Below are positions 44,124-54,274 of a DNA stretch of 57,773 nt, piece by piece. The notes under the pieces were generated by a model. That model did not search any database, was not told the DNA's origin, and saw nothing but the letters and a program-made list of their open reading frames with translations. This stretch comes from Clostridia bacterium. Its GTDB lineage: Bacteria > Bacillota > Clostridia > Christensenellales > Aristaeellaceae. The stretch covers positions 1 through 57,773 of the forward strand of contig JAFSCW010000125.1 in the NCBI GenBank assembly GCA_017436605.1. The letters are read 5' to 3'. Every line of letters starts with the position of its first letter. The first letter of the stretch is position 1. A program made the position numbers and the translations under genes.

Positions 44124-46236
44124 CGTTTTCCTCGTTCACCGGAGCGGCGATGCGCTCGCGGCAGGACTCGTTCGCACAAACATAGTAATTCTCGCCCTTG
44201 CGGCCGCGCTTGAAGACCATATAGCCGCCGCATTTGGGGCATTTCTCGCGGACAGGCATCTCCCAGGAGACGAACTCGCACTCCGGATAATGCTCGCAGC
44301 CATAGAACTTGCGGCCCTTGCGGGAGGTCTTTTCCAGGAGCTTGCCGCCGCACTGCGGGCAGGGCGCCTCGATTTCGACCTGAATCGCCTTCGTGTTGCG
44401 GCAGTCCGGGAAATTCGGACAGGCGAGGAAACGGCCGAAGCGGCCGAGCTTGTAGACCATCATCGCGCCGCACTTATCGCATACGACGTCGGATACCTCG
44501 TCCTTGATTTCGATCTTCTCGATTTCCTTCTCGGCCTTCTCCAGCGTCACAGAGAACGGGCCGTAGAATTCCTCAATCAGCTCGCGCCAGGTGAGCTTGC
44601 CCTCCTCGATCGCATCGAGCTTTTCCTCCATGCCGGCGGTGAACGCCAGATCGACGATGTCGGCAAAGTGCTCCTTCATCATGTCCGTCGTCATCACGCC
44701 CAGCTCGGTCGGATAGAGCTGCTTCTTCTCGCGCATGATGTAGCCGCGCGCGAGGATCGTGGAGATCGTCGGGGCGTAGGTCGACGGGCGGCCGATGCCC
44801 TTTTCCTCCAGCGCGCGCACGAGCGACGCTTCCGTATAGCGCGGCGGCGCCTGCGTGAAGTGCTGCGTGGCCTCGGTCTCCTCGATCACGGCCTGCGCGC
44901 CCTCCGCCACGTCGCTGAGCGCATGGGAAACGGCGTCCTCGCCGGGCTCGTCGCTGCCCTCTTCATAGACGGCGGTAAAGCCGGCGAACTTCAGCCGCTC
45001 CGCGCTCGAACGCAGCACGACGCCGCTTTGGGATGCAATCTCGATCTGCTGCGTCTCGTAGACAGCGTCCTCCATCTGGCAGGCGACAAAGCGCAGATAA
45101 ACCAGCTTATAGAGGTTATACTGATCGCGCGTCAGCGAGGACTTGATGTCCTCCGGGCGCAGGTCGATGTTCGAGGGGCGGATCGCCTCATGCGCGTCCT
45201 GCGCGGACTTGCGGCCCTTATAGACGACCGGCTTCTCCGGCACGAACTCCGCGCCATAGCGCTCCGCAATCATCTCGCGGACGCCGGAAACAGCCTCGTC
45301 GGACAGGCGGACGCTGTCGGTACGGATATAGGAAATCAAGCCCAGCGTGCCGCGTCCTTCGACGTCGACGCCCTCGTAGAGCTGCTGAGCGATCTGCATG
45401 GTCTTGGCCGTGGTGAATCCGAGCTTGCGGCTGGCTTCCTGCTGCAGGTTCGAAGTCGTGAACGGCGCAGCCGGATGCTTATGGCGTTCGCCGCGCTTCA
45501 CGCTGCGGATCACAAAGCCGCCCTCGGCAATCCGCGCCCTGGCCGCCTCCGCCTGCTCCCTGCTGGCGATGGATGCGCGCTCTCCGTCGATGCTATGCAG
45601 CTTCGCTTCCAGCTTTGCGCTGCCTGCGGTCAGCTTCGCCGAAACATGCCAGTATTCCTCCGGCTCAAAGGTCTCGATCTCCTGCTCGCGGTCGCAGATC
45701 ATGCGCGTGGCGACAGACTGCACGCGCCCGGCAGACAGGCCCTTCTTGATCTTCACCCACAGCAGCGGACTGATCTTATAGCCGACCAGACGATCGAGCA
45801 TGCGGCGCGCCTGCTGCGCGTTGACCAGCTCCATGTCGATCTTCCTCGGGGTCTTGATCGCGCTCTTGACCGTCTTTTCGGTAATCTCGTTGAACTCCAC
45901 GCGGCATGCGCTCTGGGGATCAATGCCCAGAATGGTCGCCAGATGCCAGGAGATGGCCTCGCCCTCGCGGTCCGGGTCGGTCGCCAGGATGACGGACTTG
46001 GCGCTCTTGGCTTCCTTGCGGATGCGCTCGAGCACTTCGCCCCTGCCGCGAATGGTGATGTATTTCGGCTCGAAGCCGTTTTCGATATCGACGCCCAGCT
46101 GGGACTTGGGCAGATCGCGGACGTGTCCGTTGGACGCCTCAACCTTGTAGGTCCTGCCCAGGAACTTGGAAATCGTGCGCGCCTTGGCGGGCGATTCCAC
46201 GATGACCAGCTTGTGCGACGGTTTACGGGTACTCAA
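44116..46236 (-). CDS. topA: DNA topoisomerase I
   Basis: [19 protein letters not shown] (Toprim domain) and C-terminal Cys4 zinc ribbons. TTG start behind GGAGGA. Confidence 0.97.
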   Translation of the reverse strand: MSTRKPSHKLVIVESPAKARTISKFLGRTYKVEASNGHVRDLPKSQLGVDIENGFEPKYITIRGRGEVLERIRKEAKSAKSVILATDPDREGEAISWHLATILGIDPQSACRVEFNEITEKTVKSAIKTPRKIDMELVNAQQARRMLDRLVGYKISPLLWVKIKKGLSAGRVQSVATRMICDREQEIETFEPEEYWHVSAKLTAGSAKLEAKLHSIDGERASIASREQAEAARARIAEGGFVIRSVKRGERHKHPAAPFTTSNLQQEASRKLGFTTAKTMQIAQQLYEGVDVEGRGTLGLISYIRTDSVRLSDEAVSGVREMIAERYGAEFVPEKPVVYKGRKSAQDAHEAIRPSNIDLRPEDIKSSLTRDQYNLYKLVYLRFVACQMEDAVYETQQIEIASQSGVVLRSSAERLKFAGFTAVYEEGSDEPGEDAVSHALSDVAEGAQAVIEETEATQHFTQAPPRYTEASLVRALEEKGIGRPSTYAPTISTILARGYIMREKKQLYPTELGVMTTDMMKEHFADIVDLAFTAGMEEKLDAIEEGKLTWRELIEEFYGPFSVTLEKAEKEIEKIEIKDEVSDVVCDKCGAMMVYKLGRFGRFLACPNFPDCRNTKAIQVEIEAPCPQCGGKLLEKTSRKGRKFYGCEHYPECEFVSWEMPVREKCPKCGGYMVFKRGRKGENYYVCANESCRERIAAPVNEENDE

Positions 46237-46428
46237 ATTGCTTTCCTCCAGATACGCGGCCTGCGCCGCCGATTAACAAATATCGCAAAAAGGATACCAG
46301 CCCTTTTTGATTCTGTCAACCCCGGGCGGCAAGTTTCCAAAATGAAATGAAGAATTTTCTTTCTAATTAAGTACTTTTCTTCGGCAGTCTTCTTTCGAAA
46401 TTCAGGCCTCGTCCGGAGGGCGGGCGCG

Positions 46429-47586
46429 TCAGCAGATCCTGTAGACGCAGCCCGGCAGGGCGAGGATTTTCCCCTCGAGCTCGAGCATCATCAGCGCCGC
46501 GCCCAGCTCGTCGCTTTCCATGCCGGTCCGCTCGCACAGCTGATCAAAGTCCAGATCGCCGTAAAGCAGCAGCTCGAGGATCTTTTTTTCGCCCGGATCC
46601 ATATCCGCCTCAAATAGAGAAGCCTGCGCAGCCGGCTCTTTTTTCTCTTTTTCGGGCGCGGGCACTTTCCCGGCAGGAGACGCTTTCCGCTTTTCTTTTT
46701 TATGCGCAGGCGCCCGGTCCGGCTCGATGACAAGCTGCGAAAGCACATCCCCCGCGCAGGTCACGGGATGCGCGCCCTCCGCGATCAGCCTGTTGGGCAG
46801 GCGGGAATTCTCCCTGTCGATATCGCCGGGCAGGGCGAATACCTCGCGTCCCTCGTCCAGCGCACGCTGCGCCGTGGACAGCGCGCCCGAACGCGCGGGC
46901 GCCTCGGTGACCATCACGCCCAGCGAAAGCCCCGCGATGATCCGGTTGCGCTCCAGAAAGCTATAGCGCGTGGGCGCGAAGCCCGGCGCATATTCCGACA
47001 CGACGCTGCCGCCGCCGGCCAGAATACGCTCCATCAGACCCCGGTTCCCGGCGGGATACAGCCTATCCAGCGCGCCGCCCAGCACGGCGATCGTCCTGCC
47101 GCCGGCGTCTAGCGCGCCTTCGTGCGCCGCGCTGTCAATGCCAAGGGCCAGCCCGGAGACAATGCACATGCCCGCGCCCGCCAGCTCCCGGCAGAGCATA
47201 CGCGTATGCCGCAGGCCGTATGCACCCGCGCGCCGCGTGCCGACGACGGCCAGGGGGAATCTGTCGCAAAGATCCGCCTTGCCCAGCACAAAGAGCAGAT
47301 GCGGCGGCCGCGCGGTCTGCGCAAGCAGCGGCGGATAGCCCTCGCTCCCGCGGACGATCAGATGGACGTCCTGCGCATAGAGCGTATCGAGCATCACCTG
47401 CCCGTCCGCCATGCTCCTTCGAAGGGCGGAAAGTCCCTTTTCTCCGAGCTGCTTTGCGTAATGCTTCGGCTCCGCCAGCAGCGCCATGGCGCTCCCCGCG
47501 GCCCGAAGCGCCGCTTCTCTGGCCGCATAGCCCACGCCCTGCGCAGCCACCAGCACCGCCATCGCTTCGCTTTCGCGCATATCCAT
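46429..47586 (-). CDS. dprA: DNA-processing protein DprA (Smf)
   Basis: ...VVGTRRAGAYGLRHTRMLCRELAGAGMCIVSGLALGIDSAAHEGAL... is the DprA Rossmann-like core. Confidence 0.93.
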   Translation of the reverse strand: MDMRESEAMAVLVAAQGVGYAAREAALRAAGSAMALLAEPKHYAKQLGEKGLSALRRSMADGQVMLDTLYAQDVHLIVRGSEGYPPLLAQTARPPHLLFVLGKADLCDRFPLAVVGTRRAGAYGLRHTRMLCRELAGAGMCIVSGLALGIDSAAHEGALDAGGRTIAVLGGALDRLYPAGNRGLMERILAGGGSVVSEYAPGFAPTRYSFLERNRIIAGLSLGVMVTEAPARSGALSTAQRALDEGREVFALPGDIDRENSRLPNRLIAEGAHPVTCAGDVLSQLVIEPDRAPAHKKEKRKASPAGKVPAPEKEKKEPAAQASLFEADMDPGEKKILELLLYGDLDFDQLCERTGMESDELGAALMMLELEGKILALPGCVYRIC

Positions 47587-47630
47587 TCCCCTTCCGGCAA
47601 AGATTTATCCGGCCCGGCCGGATATGAACA

Positions 47631-47654
47631 GAGCCGCAGATTGCTCTGCGGCTC
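47631..47654 (-). terminator. Hairpin downstream of recA, a weak terminator
   Basis: GAGCCGCAG-6 nt-CTGCGGCTC. The T-tract on the minus strand is poor. Confidence 0.45.
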
Positions 47655-47660
47655 CATGGC

Positions 47661-48776
47661 TTACTCCTCCGCGCCCATCAGCGGCAGATCGTCAAAATCG
47701 TCCTCAGCCTCGTCGGCGGGGATTTCAACCTCCAGATCCCTCTTGCCCATCATCTCCGCGCGCACAAGCGCGTCGATCTCGCGGGCGATTTCCGGATTCT
47801 CCTTGAGGAACTTGCGGGTATTCTCGCGGCCCTGCCCGATGCGCTGATCGCCATAGGAGAACCACGCGCCGGACTTATGGATGATATCCAGCGTCACAGC
47901 GGCGTCCAGCAGGCTGCCTTCCTTGCTGATGCCCTCGCCATAGAGGATATCAAACTCCGCCACGCGGAACGGCGGGGCCACCTTGTTCTTGACGATCTTC
48001 GCCTTCGTGCGGTTGCCCACGACGGTGGAACCGTCCTTGAGCTGCTCGCCGCGGCGGATATCAATGCGCACGGACGCATAGAATTTGAGCGCGCGGCCGC
48101 CCGGAGTCGTCTCCGGATTGCCGTACATCACGCCGACCTTCTCGCGCAGCTGGTTGATAAAGATGCAGGTGCAGTTCGTCTTGTTGACGATGCCGGTCAG
48201 CTTGCGCAGCGCCTGGCTCATGAGCCTGGCCTGCAGGCCGACGAACGAATCGCCCATCTCGCCGTCGATTTCCGCCTTCGGCACCAGTGCCGCGACGGAG
48301 TCGATGACCACGATATCAATCGCGCCGGAGCGCACCAGCGCCTCGCAGATCTCCAGCGCCTGCTCGCCGGTGTCCGGCTGGGAGACGTAGAGCTGATCGA
48401 CGTCCACGCCAAGCTTTTTGGCATATACCGGATCGAGCGCATGCTCCGCGTCGATAAACGCCGCCACGCCGCCGCTGCGCTGCGCCTCGGCCACGACATG
48501 CAGCGCAACCGTCGTCTTGCCGGAGGATTCCGGTCCATAGATCTCAATCACGCGGCCGCGCGGAAGGCCGCCAACGCCCAGCGCAATATCCAGATCCAGA
48601 CAGCCGGTCGGAATGACCTGAATATCCTGCACGGGACGATCGCCCATGCGGATGATGGAGCCCTTGCCGAACTGCTTTTCAATGCCCGCCAGCGCCATTT
48701 CCAGCGCGCGCTTCTTCTCGCTGCTTTCCGTTTCAACCGCGGCCGCAGCCGCCTTGGTGGTCTTCTTCGCTGCCAT
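47661..48776 (-). CDS. recA: Recombinase RecA
   Basis: ...[16 protein letters not shown]...[22 protein letters not shown]... Confidence 0.99.
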   Translation of the reverse strand: MAAKKTTKAAAAAVETESSEKKRALEMALAGIEKQFGKGSIIRMGDRPVQDIQVIPTGCLDLDIALGVGGLPRGRVIEIYGPESSGKTTVALHVVAEAQRSGGVAAFIDAEHALDPVYAKKLGVDVDQLYVSQPDTGEQALEICEALVRSGAIDIVVIDSVAALVPKAEIDGEMGDSFVGLQARLMSQALRKLTGIVNKTNCTCIFINQLREKVGVMYGNPETTPGGRALKFYASVRIDIRRGEQLKDGSTVVGNRTKAKIVKNKVAPPFRVAEFDILYGEGISKEGSLLDAAVTLDIIHKSGAWFSYGDQRIGQGRENTRKFLKENPEIAREIDALVRAEMMGKRDLEVEIPADEAEDDFDDLPLMGAEE

Positions 48777-48932
48777 AGTCTATCTCCTATTCGTCATAAT
48801 CTGAAGTTCCAATTAGACGCTGTATATCACGCCGCCGTGCGGCACGCCTTCCGCCGGCCTTCGGGCGGTTCCCCCTCAGGCGGGAGGCATGACGCAAAGC
48901 CATTTTACCTGCAATCCCTGCAAATCCGGCTC

Positions 48933-50177
48933 TCACGCCCGGATCGCTGCGCGCCGGATCATATCCAGCGCCCGCAGCGCCGCAAGGCTGCGGATTCTTT
49001 CGCGGCTGCCGGACAGCTGAAGCCGCTCCACGAGCACGCCATGCCTGTCCGCGCAGGCGACATACACAAGCCCGACCGGCTTTTCCTTTGTTCCGCCGCC
49101 GGGGCCGGCGATACCCGTCGTCGCCAGCGCGATATCCGCTCCGCTTCTTGCTCGCAGCCCCAGCGCCATCTCCCGCGCCGTTTCCTCGCTGACCGCGCCG
49201 TGCGCCGCCAGCGTCTGCGGGCTGACGCCGCAGTATCTGATCTTCGCCTCGTTGGCATAGGTCACGTGCGCCTCGCCAAGCGCCGCGGAAATCCCCGGAT
49301 AATTGACCAGCCTCGCCGCGACAAGGCCGCCCGTGCAGCTCTCCGCGGTCGATACCGTGAGCCCCCGCTCCGTCAGCGCCCTGCCCGCCGCCTCCTCCAT
49401 CGAGCCCTCGCTCGTGGGCAATACGGCGTAAACATGATCGCCCAGCAGCGCGCAGATCGCCTCGACGACAGGCATGAGCTTTTCAACCGCCTGCGCTTCG
49501 CTCTCCCCGCGCGCCGTGACGCGCAGCTGGCATTCGCCCAGCTGGCAGTACGGCGCGACGGTCACCTCGTCCTGCGCCTCGATCCATTTCGCGCAGCGCT
49601 GCGCCACGTCGGATTCGCCGAGGCCGTAGATCCGGATATAACGCGAGGCGATGCACCCGCCCGTGCGCGCGGCCAGCAGGCCGTAAACCTGCTTTTCGAA
49701 CATATCGGCCAGCTCATGCGGCGGGCCCGGAAGCTGAATGACGATCTTCCCTTCCCGCTCGAGCATGCAGCCCGGCGCCGTTCCGCAGGCGTTGGGCAGG
49801 ATCCTCGCGCCTTCGGCGAACATCGCCTGCCGCCTGTTGCTCTGCGGGCACGCGCGTCCGAGGCGGACAAAGTAGTCCTGAATCTCCCGCCAGCTTGCCT
49901 CGTCAAAGCGCATCGCAAGGCCCATGATCTCCGCCGCGATTTCCTTGGAGATATCGTCCTGTGTCGGGCCGAGTCCGCCGGTGGTGATCACGATATCGCT
50001 GCGCGAGAGCGCCAGAGCAAGCGTATCGCGCATGCGCTGCGGGTTATCGCCCACGACCGTATGATAGTATACCGAAATGCCCAGACTCTGCAGCCTGCGC
50101 GACAGGTACTGCGCATCGGTATCCAGGATCTGCCCCATCAGCAGCTCCGTGCCGATCGCGACGATTTCTGCAATCAT
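48933..50177 (-). CDS. cinA: Competence/damage-inducible protein CinA (MoCF-binding plus PncC deamidase domains)
   Basis: MIAEIVAIGTELLMGQILDTDAQYLS...TTGGLGPTQDDI...SCTGGL... Confidence 0.95.
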   Translation of the reverse strand: MIAEIVAIGTELLMGQILDTDAQYLSRRLQSLGISVYYHTVVGDNPQRMRDTLALALSRSDIVITTGGLGPTQDDISKEIAAEIMGLAMRFDEASWREIQDYFVRLGRACPQSNRRQAMFAEGARILPNACGTAPGCMLEREGKIVIQLPGPPHELADMFEKQVYGLLAARTGGCIASRYIRIYGLGESDVAQRCAKWIEAQDEVTVAPYCQLGECQLRVTARGESEAQAVEKLMPVVEAICALLGDHVYAVLPTSEGSMEEAAGRALTERGLTVSTAESCTGGLVAARLVNYPGISAALGEAHVTYANEAKIRYCGVSPQTLAAHGAVSEETAREMALGLRARSGADIALATTGIAGPGGGTKEKPVGLVYVACADRHGVLVERLQLSGSRERIRSLAALRALDMIRRAAIRA

Positions 50178-50206
50178 GATACGCCTTTCTCGGGGACGCC
50201 GTCCCC

Positions 50207-50266
50207 GAACCCCTGGCCGGGGATTTCATCCCCAGACCCCTTCTTCGCTTCGCGGCGGCTTGAAGC
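50207..50266. repeat. REP-like family A, copy 2 (blocks contiguous)
   Basis: GAACCCCTGGCCGGGGATTTCATCCCCAGACC followed by CCTTCTTCGCTTCGCGGCGGCTTGAAGC. See 33686-33838. Confidence 0.7.
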
Positions 50267-50382
50267 CGCGTATCATGGCAAGCTACACTTGCCACAAGAA
50301 AAGAATGATTTGCCCGCTGCCTCATACAGCCCCGGGATCCAAGGGTCTCAACCCTTGGCGGTTTTAAGGGGGGTATGGGGTT

Positions 50383-50431
50383 CCTAGGGGAGTTAAGGGG
50401 GGAAATCCGAATCCCCCCCTACTCCCCTAGG
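50383..50431. repeat. Nested perfect hairpin of 49 nt
   Basis: CCTAGGGGAGT-TAA-GGGGGG-AAATCCGAAT-CCCCCCC-T-ACTCCCCTAGG. Confidence 0.8.
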
Positions 50432-50484
50432 CCTCAGCGGAACGCGCAGCCGCGCCGCAGGCAATTTCTTATATCTTTCAAGTC

Positions 50485-51030
50485 TTACTTTGCGCCGCCA
50501 AGCACTCCGCGGTTCTGCCACACGTATTCCACCATGGAATACAGCGTCATCGCCGCCGCAGCCAGCATCACCAGATCGGTCAGGAAATTCCCCTTCATCA
50601 CCGTCAGCATCAGCACGAGGACCATCTGCAGGACAGTCTTCACCTTGCCGCTCATGCCCGCGGCGATGACATGGCCCTGCTCCACCGCGCAAAGGCGCAG
50701 GCCGGAGACGACAAACTCACGCGCGATGAAGATGATGCAGGCCACGACGTTCAAACGGCCCATGCTGCACAGCATGATGAACGCCGTATGCGTCAGCAGC
50801 TTATCGGCGATCGGATCCATAAACTTGCCGAAGTTGGTGATCAGGTTGTGCTTGCGGGCGATCTTGCCGTCCATAGCGTCGGTAATCGACGCGGCGGCAA
50901 ACACCAGCAGCGCCAGAAAATTGCTGCCGCCCGCCAGCAGACACAGATACACCGGCACCAGCGCAATGCGCAGGAGGGTGAGCTTGTTGGGCAGGTTCAG
51001 TTCCGAAATAAACGTAATCATCTTTTTCAT
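50485..51030 (-). CDS. pgsA: CDP-diacylglycerol--glycerol-3-phosphate 3-phosphatidyltransferase
   Basis: ...DAMDGKIARKHNLITNFGKFMDPIADK... is the CDP-alcohol phosphatidyltransferase motif. Confidence 0.95.
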   Translation of the reverse strand: MKKMITFISELNLPNKLTLLRIALVPVYLCLLAGGSNFLALLVFAAASITDAMDGKIARKHNLITNFGKFMDPIADKLLTHTAFIMLCSMGRLNVVACIIFIAREFVVSGLRLCAVEQGHVIAAGMSGKVKTVLQMVLVLMLTVMKGNFLTDLVMLAAAAMTLYSMVEYVWQNRGVLGGAK

Positions 51031-52337
51031 ACGCGTTCTCCCATCAGGTCATAAGCCTTCGCGCCGGTGATGCGCACGTTCACGAACTCGCCGATCACGC
51101 ACGGGCGCTCCGAGTTGAAGTAAATGTTGCCGTCGGTCTCCGGCGCTTCGTATTCGCTGCGGCCGACATAGCGGCTGCCGCGCTTTCTTTCGACCAGCAC
51201 GCGGCAGACCGAACCGATGCGCGCCTTGTTCTGCGCGAGGGAAATCCTGTGCTGCGCCGTCATCAGCTCGTCATAGCGCGCCTGCTTGATTTCCTCGTCG
51301 ATCTGGCCGTCCATCTCCGCCGCGACGGTACCCTCCTCCGGGGAGAAGGTGAACGCGCCCATGCGGTCAAACTTCGTCTCGCGGACAAAGTCCATCAGCT
51401 CGGCAAAGTCCTCGTCCGTCTCGCCCGGGAAGCCGACCATCATGGTCGTGCGCAGCATCATGCCGCGCTGCTTGAACTTTTTGCAAATCTCGCGGATATG
51501 CTCGCTCGTATCGGTGCGGTTCATATCGTCGAGCACGTGCTGGGCGATATGCTGCATCGGCAGATCGAGATAGTTGCAGACGTTGGGCAGGCGGGTGATG
51601 GTATCCAGCAGCCTGTCGTCCACGCGTTCGGGATAGCAGTACAGCGTGCGCAGCCATTCCACGCCGGAAATCGCCGCGATCTCCTCAATCAGCTCCGGCA
51701 GTCTGCTTTCCCCGCCCATGTCCGTGCCATATCGCGTGGTGTCCTGCGCGATGAGCGTGAATTCCTTCACGCCCTCAGCAACCAAACGCTTCACCTCCGC
51801 AATGATATCCGCCTTCGGGCGGCTGCGGTAGCCGCCGCGGATCATCGGAATCGCGCAATAGGAGCAGCAGTTGTCGCAGCCCTCGCCGATGCGGACATAA
51901 GCGCTGTACTTGGGCGTGGTCAGCACGCGGCCGAACTCAAAGAACGTGCCGTCGTCGTCCACATACACAGGACGCGCGCCCGCCGTCGCTTCCTGAATCG
52001 CCTTGTCCAGCTTTTCGTATTCGTTGACGCCCATGATCACGTCGACCTCGGGCATCTCATCGCGGATCGCCTCCGGATAGCGCTGGGCAAAGCAGCCCGT
52101 CGCCACCAGCAGGCGGCAGCTGCCGGTCTGCTTGTATTCCGCCATCTCGAAGATGGTGGAAATCGCCTCTTCCTTCGCCGGCTGAATGAAGCCGCAGGTA
52201 TTGACGATAATGACCTCGGCCTTCGCCGGGTCGGATACGATCTGGTAGCCGCGGCTGCGCAGGAAGCCGAGCGCCTGCTCGGAATCGACGCGGTTTTTGC
52301 TGCAGCCCAGAGAAATAAGTCCTACTGTCGTCGCCAA
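51027..52337 (-). CDS. rimO: Ribosomal protein S12 methylthiotransferase RimO
   Basis: ...LISLGCSKNRVDSE...NTCGFI... and the radical-SAM motif CDNCCSYC. A TTG start at 52337 behind AAGGAGAA is proposed; the ATG at 52373 has no RBS. Confidence 0.9.
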   Translation of the reverse strand: MATTVGLISLGCSKNRVDSEQALGFLRSRGYQIVSDPAKAEVIIVNTCGFIQPAKEEAISTIFEMAEYKQTGSCRLLVATGCFAQRYPEAIRDEMPEVDVIMGVNEYEKLDKAIQEATAGARPVYVDDDGTFFEFGRVLTTPKYSAYVRIGEGCDNCCSYCAIPMIRGGYRSRPKADIIAEVKRLVAEGVKEFTLIAQDTTRYGTDMGGESRLPELIEEIAAISGVEWLRTLYCYPERVDDRLLDTITRLPNVCNYLDLPMQHIAQHVLDDMNRTDTSEHIREICKKFKQRGMMLRTTMMVGFPGETDEDFAELMDFVRETKFDRMGAFTFSPEEGTVAAEMDGQIDEEIKQARYDELMTAQHRISLAQNKARIGSVCRVLVERKRGSRYVGRSEYEAPETDGNIYFNSERPCVIGEFVNVRITGAKAYDLMGERV

Positions 52338-52520
52338 AGTCTGTTCTCCTTTATATGCAGTCGTTTTGGACATGTACACAGATATACAATTATATTGTAG
52401 CATGGCGCAACCGCAAATACAAGAAGAAGCCGCGCAGGTCACTCCTCCAAATTCCCCCTGCGCGGCTCCATTATATCACATTCTCCGAAAAATACAAGAA
52501 CATTTGTTCGCATATTCGTG

Positions 52521-52553
52521 CAAAAATGGGAAGCCGCCGGAAAGCGGCTTCCC
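52521..52553 (-). terminator. glyQS terminator
   Basis: GGGAAGCCGC-6 nt-GCGGCTTCCC followed by ATTTTT on the minus strand. Confidence 0.8.
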
Positions 52554-52561
52554 ATGTGTAA

Positions 52562-53944
52562 TCAGTACTCGATCTTCTTGGCGATGTAGGCGACCAGATC
52601 GTCCACATGCACCTTTTCCTGAAGCATGGTATCGCGGTCGCGGACGGTCACGATGCCGGTCTCCTGCGTGTCGAAATCGACGGTGATGCAGTACGGCGTG
52701 CCGATCTCGTCCTGTCGGCGATAGCGCTTGCCGATGGAGCCGGTCTCGTCGTAGTCAACCATGAAGTGCTTTGCCAGCTTCTCGTAGACCTCAGTGGCCA
52801 GGCCGCCGAGCTTGTTCTTCTGCAGCGGCAGCACCGCGCACTTGAACGGCGCCAGCGCCGGATGGAAGTGCAGCACGTTGCGCACGTCGCCGCCCTCGAG
52901 CTCCTGCTCCTCGTAGGCGTTGCACAGGAACGCGAGCACCATGCGGTCCACGCCCAGGGACGGCTCGATGCAGTACGGGATGTACTTCTCGTTCGTCACC
53001 GGATCCATGTATTCCATGCCCTTGCCGGAATGCTCCTGATGCTGCTTGAGGTCGTAGTCGGTGCGGTCGGCGATGCCCCAGAGCTCGCCCCAGCCGAACG
53101 GGAAGAGGAACTCAAAGTCGGTCGTCGCCTTGGAATAGAACGCCAGCTTCTCCGGCTCATGGTCGCGAAGGCGCAGGGATTCTTCCTTGATGCCCAGGCC
53201 CAGCAGCCAGTCGCGGCAGAAGGAGCGCCAGTAATCGAACCACTCGAGGTCGGTGCCCGGCTTGCAGAAGAACTCCAGCTCCATCTGCTCGAACTCGCGC
53301 ACGCGGAAGATGAAGTTGCCCGGAGTGATCTCGTTGCGGAAGGACTTGCCGATCTGCGCGATGCCGGCCGGCAGCTTCTTGCGGGTGGAGCGCATGACAT
53401 TGTTGAAATTGACGAAGATGCCCTGCGCGGTCTCCGGACGCAGGTAGATCTCGTTGGTGGAATTCTCGGTCACGCCCGCATGGGTCTTGAACATCAGGTT
53501 GAACTGACGGATGCCGGTAAAATCCTTCTTGCCGCAGGTCGGGCAGACGAGATCAGCATGGTCGTTGATGAAGGCCTCCAGCTCGGCGTTGGTCCAGCCG
53601 TCGCCGGTCTCCGCGCCGTTCGTGTAATCCTCGATCAGCTTATCCGCGCGGAAGCGGGCCTTGCAGGCCTTGCAGTCCATCAGCGGGTCGTTGAAGCCGC
53701 CGACATGGCCGGAGGCCACCCAGACCTCGCGGTTCATCAGGATCGCCGCGTCCAGGCCGACGTTGTACTTGTTCTCCTGAACGAACTTCTTCCACCAGGC
53801 CTTCTTGACGTTGTTCTTGAACTCAACGCCCAGCGGGCCGTAGTCCCAGGAGTTGGCCAGGCCGCCGTAGATTTCGGAGCCCGGGAAGATGAAGCCGCGG
53901 CCCTTACAAAGCGCCACAACCTTGTCCATCGTGATGTTCGCCAT
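52562..53944 (-). CDS. glyQS: Glycine--tRNA ligase (homodimeric class II type)
   Basis: [39 protein letters not shown]... RBS AAAGGAGAG. Confidence 0.97.
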   Translation of the reverse strand: MANITMDKVVALCKGRGFIFPGSEIYGGLANSWDYGPLGVEFKNNVKKAWWKKFVQENKYNVGLDAAILMNREVWVASGHVGGFNDPLMDCKACKARFRADKLIEDYTNGAETGDGWTNAELEAFINDHADLVCPTCGKKDFTGIRQFNLMFKTHAGVTENSTNEIYLRPETAQGIFVNFNNVMRSTRKKLPAGIAQIGKSFRNEITPGNFIFRVREFEQMELEFFCKPGTDLEWFDYWRSFCRDWLLGLGIKEESLRLRDHEPEKLAFYSKATTDFEFLFPFGWGELWGIADRTDYDLKQHQEHSGKGMEYMDPVTNEKYIPYCIEPSLGVDRMVLAFLCNAYEEQELEGGDVRNVLHFHPALAPFKCAVLPLQKNKLGGLATEVYEKLAKHFMVDYDETGSIGKRYRRQDEIGTPYCITVDFDTQETGIVTVRDRDTMLQEKVHVDDLVAYIAKKIEY

Positions 53945-53974
53945 AACAATCTCTCCTTTATCTCGATATGGGAC

Positions 53975-54142
53975 AAAAAGAACCGCGCGAAGACCTGTCC
54001 CGAATCCTCGCCCATGCATGGATTCAAGGGACGAAAGTTGCCTTCCGCGGTTCCACCCTTGTTGACGCAGAGACCTCCGCGTCCACTTTTTGATGCATTT
54101 CATGCGCCGCTCCGGGCTGCCAACCCCATCAACGCGACAGCA
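53975..54142 (-). promoter_or_regulatory. T-box riboswitch leader (Gly), which appears unusually compact
   Basis: Minus strand: T-box AACAAGGGTGGAACCGCGG (core 54045-54058) and Stem III GACGC...GCGTC. The terminator 3' strand CGCGGTTC followed by TTTTT (53975-53989) pairs with GAACCGCG of the T-box. UUGGCAG contains GGC-A at 54119-54121. Confidence 0.85.
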
Positions 54143-54147
54143 CCGTT

Positions 54148-54176
54148 ATCTTACTAAAGAAGCGCTGATTTGTCAA
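54148..54176 (-). promoter_or_regulatory. Candidate promoter of the glyQS leader
   Basis: Minus strand: TTGACA (54176-54171), 17-nt spacer, TAAGAT (54153-54148). Confidence 0.55.
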
Positions 54177-54274
54177 GCTTTTTTCGCCTGCGGCCAGGGC
54201 CTTGTCCGTCATCGCTTCCGCCATACCGCATTCCCCGAAAGGAGAAGCCGGAAAGCCGGACGGCTGTATCCCCT

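Noticed and set aside
48777-48932. LexA (Cheo) box upstream of recA
   Set aside because: The closest string, GAACTTCAGATT, lacks the GTTC half-site, so I make no SOS-box call.
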